Virus genome (UHGV): UHGV-0206032
DNA: 14,762 nt
Source: a virus
Direction: 5' to 3' (one strand)
Part shown: positions 1-7,843 of the stretch, piece by piece
Position numbering within the stretch: position 1 is the first letter of the stretch
Layout: the number at the start of each line of letters is the position of its first letter
Program-made: the position numbers and the translations under genes
Notes under the pieces: model-generated
Database searches by the model: none
The model's input: only the letters and a program-made list of their open reading frames with translations
Told to the model about the DNA's origin: nothing

Positions 1-1263
1 ATGGCGGTCTCACACGGCTCCTTGCCATTCAAAGAACAGATCGACTATTTCCGTGGCAAGGTCGACCTACCGACTCGCGCATGGACTGACGCTTACGCTG
101 CTGAACACGACTATGCCTTTGTCGTGGCGGGTGCTGCGAAGCGGGATCTGCTGACCGACCTGCGGGGTGCCGTAGAGAAGTCCATCGCCAGCGGCACCAC
201 CCTGGAGCAGTTCCGCAAAGACTTTGACCAGGTCGTCGGTAAACACGGCTGGCAGTACCAGGGCGAGCGCGGTTGGCGCACCAATGTCATCTGGGAGACC
301 AACCTGCGCCAGTCGTACAACGCGGGCCGCGAAGCCCAAATGGCTGACCCGGAGTTGCGCAAACGCCGTCCCTATGCGGTCTATCGTCATGGCGACAGCG
401 CGCACCCACGGCCAATGCACTTGTCCTGGAACGGCATCACGCTGCCGCTCGATGACCCCTGGTGGGCAACTCATACCCCGCAAAACGGCTGGGGCTGTAA
501 GTGCAAAAAATTCATGCTCTCGGCCAGGGACGTTGAACGCCAAGGGCTGACGATTGGTCCGGCACCGGCCACTGAATGGGAAGATCGGGTCATTGGCCAG
601 AACAGTCCTGACGGACCACGCACAGTGCGAGTGCCCAAGGGCATTGATCCAGGCTTTGAATATGCACCTGGTCAATCACGCCTGACGAACTCCGTGCCCC
701 AGCTGCGCACCCGCGACTTGATACCAGCACCATCAGCAGCTCCGGTACCGGCAATAGGTTTACCCAACCGTCAGCCCACCGGTCCTTTGCCGCAACCTCG
801 ACAAATCCCAGCAAAGCGCCTGCTCCCGGCCAAAGTGTCTGCCCCCCAGGCAGTGACTCAGTTCCTGGGCGAGTTCGGTGCCACGGATGCCACTCCGGCT
901 GTGTTCCGTGATGTGACCGGTGATGCCCTGGTCATCGGGCGGGCGATGTTCAGTGATGCCAAAACCGGCGCAATAGCATTGGCCCAACAAGTCAAGGCCC
1001 GCGAGTTACCGTTGTTGGCTGAAGCCATTAAGGCACCTGATGAGATCTGGGCGCGCTTGGAATGGCAGCCAGATCAAGGCAAAGCGGTGTTGCGCCGTCG
1101 TTACCTGGCGCACGTCCAGGTCAAAGGGAGGGCTGATCCAGCTGTTGCTGTATTCGACCAGGGCGCAGATGGCTGGACCGGCGTTACAGGGTTTGTAGAT
1201 GACAGCGAGCAGTACCTTGAGGCATTGCGCCTGGGTGTCCTGCTTTACCGGCGTACCGAATAG
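1..1263 (+). CDS. Phage head morphogenesis protein, MuF (Mu gp30) family, with Pro-rich linker and C-terminal domain
   Basis: 420-aa ORF starting at window position 1. N-terminal ~230 aa resemble the MuF/SPP1 gp7 head morphogenesis domain as I recall it (DYAFVVAGA...DLLTDLR, NVIWETNLRQSYNAGR, PYAVYRHGDSAHPRPMHLSWNG, NGWGCKCK). RBS GGGAG for the next gene overlaps its stop. True start could lie upstream of the window. Confidence 0.8.
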   Translation: MAVSHGSLPFKEQIDYFRGKVDLPTRAWTDAYAAEHDYAFVVAGAAKRDLLTDLRGAVEKSIASGTTLEQFRKDFDQVVGKHGWQYQGERGWRTNVIWETNLRQSYNAGREAQMADPELRKRRPYAVYRHGDSAHPRPMHLSWNGITLPLDDPWWATHTPQNGWGCKCKKFMLSARDVERQGLTIGPAPATEWEDRVIGQNSPDGPRTVRVPKGIDPGFEYAPGQSRLTNSVPQLRTRDLIPAPSAAPVPAIGLPNRQPTGPLPQPRQIPAKRLLPAKVSAPQAVTQFLGEFGATDATPAVFRDVTGDALVIGRAMFSDAKTGAIALAQQVKARELPLLAEAIKAPDEIWARLEWQPDQGKAVLRRRYLAHVQVKGRADPAVAVFDQGADGWTGVTGFVDDSEQYLEALRLGVLLYRRTE

Positions 1264-1272
1264 GGAGCAGAC

Positions 1273-1836
1273 ATGGCTGGTTCAATGCTTGAGGTATCCC
1301 TCGATACAAGCCCAGTAGGCAAGGCTCTGGACGATCTGGTCGAGCGACTAGGCGACCTGACAACGCCGCTCAATGACATCGCCGAATACCTGCACCAATC
1401 GACTGATGACCGCTTTCGTCAGCAGGTAGCCCCGGATGGTTCGCCCTGGGCGCCACTTGCGCCCTCAACTTTGGCACGTAAGAAGGGAGGCCGCATCCTC
1501 CGCGCCAAGGGCACGCTTCAGGACACACTGCGTCACAACGTCAGCAACAATGAGCTGTCTTTCGGTACTGACCGACCATACGGTGCCATTCACCAGCTCG
1601 GTGGTAAGGTCCAGCATGCGGCCAGGTCACAGCAGGTCTACTTCCGTCAGGGTAAAGATGGATCGGTGGGCAACCGCTTTGTGAAGAAGAGCAAGTCCAA
1701 CTTTGCGCAGTGGGTCACCCGTGGTGCGCATGACTCCGAGATCAAGGCAAGACCCTACCTGGGCCTATCATCAGACGACGATATCGAGATACTGGCGATC
1801 ATCCAGGACTACCTTATGGCGCCAATAACAGAGTAA
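1273..1836 (+). CDS. Phage virion morphogenesis protein (Mu G / gp31-like)
   Basis: 187-aa ORF immediately after the MuF gene, with RBS GGGAGCAG 6 nt upstream of ATG. Size and position match Mu G; sequence resembles the virion morphogenesis family from memory. Confidence 0.7.
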   Translation: MAGSMLEVSLDTSPVGKALDDLVERLGDLTTPLNDIAEYLHQSTDDRFRQQVAPDGSPWAPLAPSTLARKKGGRILRAKGTLQDTLRHNVSNNELSFGTDRPYGAIHQLGGKVQHAARSQQVYFRQGKDGSVGNRFVKKSKSNFAQWVTRGAHDSEIKARPYLGLSSDDDIEILAIIQDYLMAPITE

Positions 1837-2087
1837 CGATGCAGAATCACGCAGGCGCTCTGATAGCGGCTTACGGGTACATCCGTCACCTGTGGATTGG
1901 TTAAACAGCGTTAGACCTGCGTTAGATTCAGTTGTAGCGGTATTGATAACGTCTTCGCGAGATATCGTGCGGCCATTCTCTACATATAAAATGAATTCAC
2001 CGCGCACTCATTCTCGTCCTTCCCCAGGCAAAAACCTTGCGCGGTCCTGAAATTACTTTCATTTAAGTACCCGCCGACACTGGCGGC
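1837..2087 (+). promoter_or_regulatory. Intergenic region, candidate internal late promoter/operator (analogous in position to Mu P_I)
   Basis: Only sizeable non-coding gap in the window (251 bp) and AT-richer than its flanks. Contains direct repeat GCGTTAGA x2 (1908-1915, 1919-1926), inverted repeat ACCGCGCA / TGCGCGGT (1999-2006 / 2038-2045) and a GC hairpin CCGCC-N6-GGCGG (2071-2086) abutting the ATG of the next gene. In Mu a C-dependent late promoter sits upstream of gene I. Confidence 0.3.
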
Positions 2088-3062
2088 ATGAAAACTCAAC
2101 TCGCCGCTAACTCAGAAATTTACAGCTCCGTCGAGCTTTCCGATGGGAAGGCCCCCGACTGGGTTGAACTTATCCCCGCAGGTCCGACCGTCACCGGTCG
2201 TGATGGCCGTGCCTGGCTGTTCGATGACATGGCCACCGAACTGGTGCAGTCCAATTTCATCAGTCGAGCAATCGATCTGGTCATTGACCGGGAGCACGCC
2301 ACACAGCTCCGTGCATCCGTTGGCCAGGAAGCCCCAGCCGGTGCCTGGGTCAAACAATTCGAAATCCGCGATGGCGCTCTGTGGGGTCGCGTTGAATGGA
2401 CGCCTCGCGGTGCTGCTCAGGTCGAGGCCAAAGAGTATCGCTACCTATCCCCAGTGTTCGACTACGACCTCGACAACAAACGCATCGTGCGCATGGTCAG
2501 CGCGGCGCTGACCAATATCCCCAACCTCATCATGACCGCCCTCAACCAAGAAGCCCCGGAGAACACACCAGTGAAACTTTCAGCTGCGTTTTTGGCACTG
2601 CTCGGCCTGCCCGACACCGCCACTGAAGAACAGGCCATGTCGGCCGCAAGCCAACTCAAAACTACCGCCCAGGCCGCCAACACCGAACAGCCAAACTTGG
2701 CGCAGTTCGTCCCGCGTGCGGACTACGACGCCCTGGTCGGCCGTGCCACCAACGCCGAACAGGCGCTGGCCAGCCAGAAGAAGGCCGAGCACGACAAGGA
2801 AGTCGATGCAGTCATCATCTCGGCTACTAAGGCCGGAAAGATCACCCCATCCACCGTCGAGTACCACCGCGCCATGTGCCATGACGAAGCGGGCCTGGCG
2901 CGTTTCAAAGATTTTGTGACAGCGGCCCCTGTCGTGGCTGCGGCATCGGAACTGGGCAACAGGAACCCCGCGAATACCGGCACGGCTCTCAACGCCGAGG
3001 AACAAAAGGTCGCATCGTTGCTGGGTATGAGCGAAGCGGAATTCATCAAGGGCAAGGCGTAA
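2088..3062 (+). CDS. Prohead protease / scaffold protein (Mu I / gp32-like)
   Basis: 324-aa ORF. N-terminal half resembles Mu I-type protease (GKAPDWVELIPAGP...GRDGRAWLFDD); C-terminal half is Ala/Gln/Glu-rich and scaffold-like. Lies directly upstream of the major capsid gene, as in Mu. Confidence 0.8.
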   Translation: MKTQLAANSEIYSSVELSDGKAPDWVELIPAGPTVTGRDGRAWLFDDMATELVQSNFISRAIDLVIDREHATQLRASVGQEAPAGAWVKQFEIRDGALWGRVEWTPRGAAQVEAKEYRYLSPVFDYDLDNKRIVRMVSAALTNIPNLIMTALNQEAPENTPVKLSAAFLALLGLPDTATEEQAMSAASQLKTTAQAANTEQPNLAQFVPRADYDALVGRATNAEQALASQKKAEHDKEVDAVIISATKAGKITPSTVEYHRAMCHDEAGLARFKDFVTAAPVVAAASELGNRNPANTGTALNAEEQKVASLLGMSEAEFIKGKA

Positions 3063-3090
3063 CTCCCCCTCTATATAAAGGAAGAGATTC

Positions 3091-3984
3091 ATGATCATTA
3101 ACGCCAGTGTCTTGAACGCGCTGTTTGTTGCGTACAAGGCCGAGTTCCAAAACGCGCAGGCCGCGACACCGACCGACTGGAAGCGTATCGCCACGCCGGT
3201 CCCGTCCTCATCGGCCAGCAATACCTATGGCTGGCTGGGTCAGTTCCCGATGTTCCGTGAGTGGATCGGCGACCGTGTTCTCAAAAACATGGCAGCGCAT
3301 GGCTACTCCATCACCAACAAGAAGTTTGAGTCCTCGGTGGGTGTCCCACGTGATGCCATCGAAGACGACGAGATCGGCGTTTATAAGCCGCTGTTTGCCG
3401 AAATGGGGCGTGCTTCCAGTGCGCACCCGGACGAGCTGGTATTCGCGCTGCTCAAAGCGGGCTTGACCACCACCTGTTACGACGGCCAGTACTTCTTCGA
3501 TACTGATCATCCGGTCTACCCGTCGACCGATGCGTCTGGCACGGCGGTTTCCGTCAGCAACTATCAAGACGGTACAGGCCCGGCCTGGTATCTGCTCGAT
3601 GTCAGCCGCGCCCTGAAACCCATCATCTTTCAGAACCGTCGCAACTACGATCTGAAAGCGATGACCGCAATGGACGACGAAAGCGTATTCATGCGCGACG
3701 AATACCGCTATGGCGTGGATGCCCGGGTGAACGTCGGCTTCGGCTTCTGGCAGTTCGCTTACTGCTCAAAAGCCCCACTGACCGCCGAGAATTACGGCCT
3801 GGCTCGCGCAGCCATGAAGAACTTCCAGGCCGATGGCGGTCGCCCTTTGGGCATCAACCCCGGCCTCCTGGTTGTTCCATCCCAACTGGAAGGCGCTGCT
3901 CGCAAGATCCTGGTCAAGGATGCGGACAACGGCAACGAATGGGCAGGCACCGCCGAAGTACTTGCACCGGCCTGGCTGGGCTAA
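3091..3984 (+). CDS. Major capsid (head) protein, Mu T / gp34-like
   Basis: 297-aa ORF with strong RBS AGGAAGAG upstream. Size and position after the protease/scaffold gene match Mu T; sequence is consistent with the Mu-like major head subunit family from memory. Confidence 0.8.
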   Translation: MIINASVLNALFVAYKAEFQNAQAATPTDWKRIATPVPSSSASNTYGWLGQFPMFREWIGDRVLKNMAAHGYSITNKKFESSVGVPRDAIEDDEIGVYKPLFAEMGRASSAHPDELVFALLKAGLTTTCYDGQYFFDTDHPVYPSTDASGTAVSVSNYQDGTGPAWYLLDVSRALKPIIFQNRRNYDLKAMTAMDDESVFMRDEYRYGVDARVNVGFGFWQFAYCSKAPLTAENYGLARAAMKNFQADGGRPLGINPGLLVVPSQLEGAARKILVKDADNGNEWAGTAEVLAPAWLG

Positions 3985-3993
3985 GGGGGCGTC

Positions 3994-4548
3994 ATGACCA
4001 TTGTGATCACCTCGAAACATGACGGTTTTCGCCGCTGTGGCATCGCCCACTCCAGCGCGGCCGCGCGTTACCCGGATGACTTCTTTTCGGAAGCGCAGTT
4101 GCGGGCTCTGTCAAAAGAGCCTCAGTTGATCCTCGCTTATGAGGAGGATGAATTCGACCAGGTACAGGACCGCCGCGATGAAAACCTCCAGGAAGTCGAT
4201 GTATCGAAAGCGGCCGGCACCTCTGAAAGTACCTTGCAGGGCTTGGGTCAGACAGACCCTGCGGCAGTGGGTGACGCTGGGCTTAACCTCCAGCACGGAG
4301 CCAGCCATGGGCTTGATTTGCCGCAGGTAGGTGGTGTTGTTTCGGCAGATGAGGTCAAGCCTGAGCCAGACCTTGAGGCACTTTGGATCGCCGCGCTCCT
4401 GGAAGACGAACAACGGGAAGCGGCCAAACTGAACGCAGAGACCGAAACGCTTTGGGATGAAGCGATTGCGGAGGATGTACTGCGGGAGGTGGCCAAAGAA
4501 AAGGCGGCAAAGGCACCAGCAAAGCCTAAAAAGGCAGCGGGTAAATGA
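3994..4548 (+). CDS. Mu gp35 / FluMu-like small head-associated protein with acidic middle and Lys/Ala-rich tail
   Basis: 184-aa ORF with RBS AAGGGGG. N-terminal MTIVITSKHDGFRRCGIAH motif resembles the FluMu/Mu gp35 N-terminal domain; middle is strongly acidic; C-terminus is KEKAAKAPAKPKKAAGK. Stop overlaps the next start (ATGA). Confidence 0.5.
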   Translation: MTIVITSKHDGFRRCGIAHSSAAARYPDDFFSEAQLRALSKEPQLILAYEEDEFDQVQDRRDENLQEVDVSKAAGTSESTLQGLGQTDPAAVGDAGLNLQHGASHGLDLPQVGGVVSADEVKPEPDLEALWIAALLEDEQREAAKLNAETETLWDEAIAEDVLREVAKEKAAKAPAKPKKAAGK

Positions 4549-5036
4549 ACCTCTCACTGCCGTCCGCCAGCCAGCTCCTGGTCCGCTTTGGCCCTCGTGA
4601 TATCACCGAGGTTGCAGTCGCGGATACCGACAGGGTCATCGAGCCCGAGCTGCTGGTAGCCGCTGCCGCAGGCAAGCCATTGGATGACTGGTCTGCGGAA
4701 GATGTGGCCATCGCCGTCATGGCGTTGGCCAGGATCGCTGACGCGGTCACTCGGTCGCGTAGTGAGGTTTCGTTTTACCTGCGGTTCCGTGCGGCTGGCG
4801 AAGATGCTCCCGAATGGGTCACCGATGACCTGGCCGAGATCGCTCGCTACCACCTGTACGACGATGCCGGAAAGGAAGAGTCGACTGTGCGGGTGCTCTA
4901 CAAGGACGTGATAAAGCGCCTTGAAACTCTGGCCAAGGAAGACAAGGAGCGTGGAGCCGCCGAGGCAGGCCGGTCGGGCATGCAGCTCACCAGTCAGCCA
5001 CGACTAATGTCTCGCACCACCTTGAGGTCGCTCTGA
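4545..5036 (+). CDS. Head-tail joining / head completion protein (Mu gp36-like, DUF1320-type)
   Basis: 163-aa ORF, ATGA-coupled to the upstream gene and TGATG-coupled to the downstream gene. N-terminus (LLVRFGPRDITEVA) resembles the gp36-family start motif; position matches Mu J/gp36. Confidence 0.5.
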   Translation: MNLSLPSASQLLVRFGPRDITEVAVADTDRVIEPELLVAAAAGKPLDDWSAEDVAIAVMALARIADAVTRSRSEVSFYLRFRAAGEDAPEWVTDDLAEIARYHLYDDAGKEESTVRVLYKDVIKRLETLAKEDKERGAAEAGRSGMQLTSQPRLMSRTTLRSL

Positions 5037-5602
5037 TGTTGGGCGAGCTGGAAGACCTGATCGAGGCGCGCCTGAAGGAACTGACGGCCAAGATCCCGCG
5101 CCTGGCCGTGGAAAGCTACGGCGGTGAATTGAGCGACCCGGACCTGTTGCCTGGGTTGCTCAAACGTTGCCCGGCTGTACTGGTCATGGTGCCCAAGGTG
5201 ACGTTTCAGCGGCGTAGTCAAAATCGCTACACGGTGCCGATTACCTTCCGCCTGGTCATTGCCACACGTCACCCCCGTGGCGAACGGGAAACCCGGCGGG
5301 GTAGCGGCCCAAAGGACGTGGGTAGCTACGACCTATGGGAAGCCTGCATGCATCAACTGGTGGAATGGCAGCCTTGGGTAGATCGTGCAGCTATTCGTCC
5401 GACCGAGCTTTCCAACCTGGTCAACGGCAAGTTGGCCAGCGACCACCTCTCAGTCCTGGGGCAATCGTTCGTCATCGAACTGGATTGGGAAAAACCGAAA
5501 GAGGCTCTGCCTGACTTCCTGGGCGTCAGCTTGGAATACCACACCCCATCGGATAACCCCGAGCCGGTGGCCACCGACATCATCGAACTGAGGGACGTGT
5601 AA
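5036..5602 (+). CDS. Head-tail joining protein (Mu gp37-like, DUF1834-type)
   Basis: 188-aa ORF, start overlaps the previous stop (TGATG). Position and size match Mu gp37/K analogues. Confidence 0.5.
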   Translation: MLGELEDLIEARLKELTAKIPRLAVESYGGELSDPDLLPGLLKRCPAVLVMVPKVTFQRRSQNRYTVPITFRLVIATRHPRGERETRRGSGPKDVGSYDLWEACMHQLVEWQPWVDRAAIRPTELSNLVNGKLASDHLSVLGQSFVIELDWEKPKEALPDFLGVSLEYHTPSDNPEPVATDIIELRDV

Positions 5603-5793
5603 TGCACGTTATCGCCGCACCTGGTCATCGGGTGCCCATGGATGAAGATCCGTACAAGTACATCGAAGAGGCCGAGTCCGTCGACGTGCCAGATACCTCC
5701 TACTACCGACGCCGCTTGGCGGCTGGTGAACTGCTCGCCGCGAAGAAACCACGCGGCAGTGCCAAACAACTCGCACAGGAATCCGCTGAATGA
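5602..5793 (+). CDS. Small tail-associated protein (DUF2635-like, Mu gp38 position)
   Basis: 63-aa ORF, TAATG-coupled upstream and ATGA-coupled to the sheath gene. Motifs APGHRVPMDEDP and DTSYYRRRL resemble the small conserved protein found just upstream of sheath genes. Confidence 0.45.
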   Translation: MHVIAAPGHRVPMDEDPYKYIEEAESVDVPDTSYYRRRLAAGELLAAKKPRGSAKQLAQESAE

Positions 5794-6890
5794 GCATTTC
5801 CTTTGACACCATCCCGGCGTCGATTCGCAAGCCGGGCGTTTACATTGAGTTCAACACCAGCCTGGCGGTACGGACGCTGCCCACCAACAAGCAGAGTGTC
5901 TGCCTGATCGTGCCCCTGGGCGTCGATGCTACTGTTGCGGCCAACGTGCCTACGCCGTTCTACAGCGCAGCCGAGGCCAAAGCCTTGTTCGGCGGGACAG
6001 TGGCCGAGGAAATGGCGGACGCGTTTATCACCGCCTATCGGTACGCCTCCATCTCGGCCGTAGGTGTGGTGGTCGAGGGCGAAACAGAACCCGACATCAA
6101 GGCTGCTTTGGACTCGACCGCCATGGGTGGTTTCACCATCCTGGTGCCTGCCTGGTTTAGCCAGGTCGCACTCACTGCATTGCGCACGCACATCCAGACC
6201 TACACCAGTTCGATGGAGCAACAGGGAATCATCGGTGTGGCGGCGCTGACCAGCACCTTGTCGGCCGCGACCACGTTGGCCACGTCGCTGAACTCCGGCG
6301 CAATCAGCTTGGCAGTCCTGCCGGGAACTGCATCGACTGCGCGCCAGGTAGCCGCCGCGTATGCCGCGATGATCGCCTCGGAAGAAGATCCAGCGCGGCC
6401 GCTGAATACCCTGGTGTTGACTGGTATCAAGGTTCCGCCGGTCACTCAGCGTCTCGGTCGTACAGAGCAGGAAACGGCGCTGGCCAATGGTGTCACGCCG
6501 CTGGAGGTTGCGGCCGGTGATGTCATCCAGATCGTCCGTGCAGTGACCACCTACACCAAGTCTGCTGCTGGTGCCACGGACGTGTCGCTGCTGGATTTGA
6601 CCACTATCCGCACTCTGTATTACGTGCGTGTGGCCATTCGTGACCGCATCCGGCTGCGCTTCCCACGCTCGAAACTCTCCAGCAAGACGCCTGCGGCTGT
6701 TCGTGGCGAGATCCTGGACGTACTCAAGAAGCTGGAAGAGTTGGAAATCGTCGAAGAGGTGGACGCCAACGCCGATGGTCTGGTGGTTGAGCGTTCACTC
6801 CAGGACGTAAACCGCCTCAATGCAACCATTCCTGTCGATGTAGTCAACGGCCTGCATGTGTTCGCCGGTCGCATTGACCTGCTCCTGTAA
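5790..6890 (+). CDS. Tail sheath protein (Mu L-like)
   Basis: 366-aa ORF. N-terminus (TIPASIRKPGVYIEFNTSLA) matches the characteristic sheath N-terminal pattern; followed by a ~120-aa tube gene, as expected for contractile tails. Confidence 0.7.
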   Translation: MSISFDTIPASIRKPGVYIEFNTSLAVRTLPTNKQSVCLIVPLGVDATVAANVPTPFYSAAEAKALFGGTVAEEMADAFITAYRYASISAVGVVVEGETEPDIKAALDSTAMGGFTILVPAWFSQVALTALRTHIQTYTSSMEQQGIIGVAALTSTLSAATTLATSLNSGAISLAVLPGTASTARQVAAAYAAMIASEEDPARPLNTLVLTGIKVPPVTQRLGRTEQETALANGVTPLEVAAGDVIQIVRAVTTYTKSAAGATDVSLLDLTTIRTLYYVRVAIRDRIRLRFPRSKLSSKTPAAVRGEILDVLKKLEELEIVEEVDANADGLVVERSLQDVNRLNATIPVDVVNGLHVFAGRIDLLL

Positions 6891-6903
6891 GAGGTGATTT
6901 TAG

Positions 6904-7275
6904 ATGGCTGATAACTACGTAGGGCAGATCGTCCTGGAGATCAACGGCACCGATTATGAGGTGACGAGCGTTGAGCCGAGCCTTAAGACCGGGCGTAAGG
7001 TCGTCAAGACGATGAACCGCACAGGCCGTCCCACCGGCACGGCAAAAGGTATTGAAGAGCACGAGCTGAAAATCTCGGTGCCAATTCCGAAGACTGGCGA
7101 GCCAGACTGGCGGGCACTGATGGACGCCAAGCTGACCATCTATCCGCAGGACGGTGGCAGTAAGCGCCAGACCTGGACCGGGTGTTCTTTGATGGAGATG
7201 GGCAGTAAGTACCAGGTAGAGGGTGAAGCCACCCGCGACCTGACCATCGCCGCCCTCAACTACTACCCGGAGTGA
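6904..7275 (+). CDS. Tail tube protein (Mu M-like)
   Basis: 123-aa ORF with RBS AGAGGTGA. Size and position (sheath -> tube -> chaperone -> tape measure) match tail tube proteins. Confidence 0.65.
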   Translation: MADNYVGQIVLEINGTDYEVTSVEPSLKTGRKVVKTMNRTGRPTGTAKGIEEHELKISVPIPKTGEPDWRALMDAKLTIYPQDGGSKRQTWTGCSLMEMGSKYQVEGEATRDLTIAALNYYPE

Positions 7276-7279
7276 TGCA

Positions 7280-7666
7280 ATGACCGAGCAATCAAGCAAG
7301 CGCTGGGAAGGACTGAGCATCACCCGCGAACTCAAAATGGGTGTCTATTACTCCGGCCTGCGCCACAAGACCTTCACTTTGCGTGTTCCTGTTGCGGGCG
7401 ACCTGGTCGCCGCGCAGGAGCTGCACCCAGGCGCACCATTTCAACTGATCACCCTGGAGGTTTATCGCCGTCAGTTGTTGTCCCTGGGCGAGATTCCCGC
7501 CGACGCGTTGACCACTGAATTGCTCCTGGGCGAACTCACCGAGAGCGACCTGGCCATCATTGCCGATGCCGATGCCGAGCTGGAAAAAAAGCTCGCGCCG
7601 CCGAGCGCGGCAACGTCGACTGGCGACGAATCGAACACGCCTTCGTCCGCCACGGCTACCGGCTAG
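7280..7666 (+). CDS. Tail assembly chaperone (short, in-frame product)
   Basis: 128-aa ORF between tube and tape measure genes. Contains an in-frame A_AAA_AAG slippery heptamer at 7585-7591. Confidence 0.6.
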   Translation: MTEQSSKRWEGLSITRELKMGVYYSGLRHKTFTLRVPVAGDLVAAQELHPGAPFQLITLEVYRRQLLSLGEIPADALTTELLLGELTESDLAIIADADAELEKKLAPPSAATSTGDESNTPSSATATG

Positions 7667-7788
7667 AAGAGCTTCGCCAGATGACCAGGGCCGAGATCGA
7701 TGCACGTATTGATCTGATCATCGGCAAGGTCAAAGGCACCCGCTATGTCAGTCAGCGCCAGCGCAAGGCGTTGCCTAAACCCAAATGA
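7280..7788 (+). CDS. Tail assembly chaperone, predicted -1 frameshift fusion product (slip at 7585-7591)
   Basis: After a -1 slip on A_AAA_AAG the -1 frame stays open for 65 codons (ARAAERGNVDWRRIEHAFVRHGYRLEELRQMTRAEIDARIDLIIGKVKGTRYVSQRQRKALPKPK) to TGA at 7786-7788, ending just before the tape measure start. Mirrors the conserved G/GT-type frameshift of long-tailed phages. Confidence 0.5.
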
Positions 7789-7843
7789 CAGGCTCGACAC
7801 CGGGCCTTTCCTGTCCCTGTAAGTCCGTTTCCGGGAGTTATCC

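Noticed and set aside
224-550. Out-of-frame plus-strand ORFs nested in annotated genes (224..550, 1436..1684, 2143..2511, 3125..3466, 4139..4330, 12414..12860, 12918..13211, 13607..13966 and others)
   Set aside because: They are embedded in alternative frames of confidently assigned genes, with Arg/Ser/Pro-rich translations typical of off-frame high-GC sequence and no independent start context.
1943-1990. TTGATA (1943-1948) with TATAAA (1985-1990) as a sigma70 -35/-10 pair
   Set aside because: The spacing is ~36 bp, far from the 16-18 bp optimum. Any promoter here is more likely activator-dependent, so no specific -35/-10 is called.
2580-3221. 213-aa minus-strand ORF (likewise 67..675, 5703..6221, 6844..7335, 7838..8338, 10327..10827, 12758..13168, 13543..14175 on the minus strand)
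   Set aside because: All lie antisense to well-supported plus-strand structural genes. In ~60% GC DNA long stop-free antisense frames are expected; they show no RBS or coupling context and their translations look low-complexity.
7593-7610. Short GC hairpin downstream of the slippery heptamer as a frameshift stimulator
   Set aside because: A 6-bp stem can be drawn (7593-7598 with 7605-7610), but it begins only 1-2 nt after the heptamer, closer than the usual 5-8 nt spacer, so it is not claimed as a stimulatory element.
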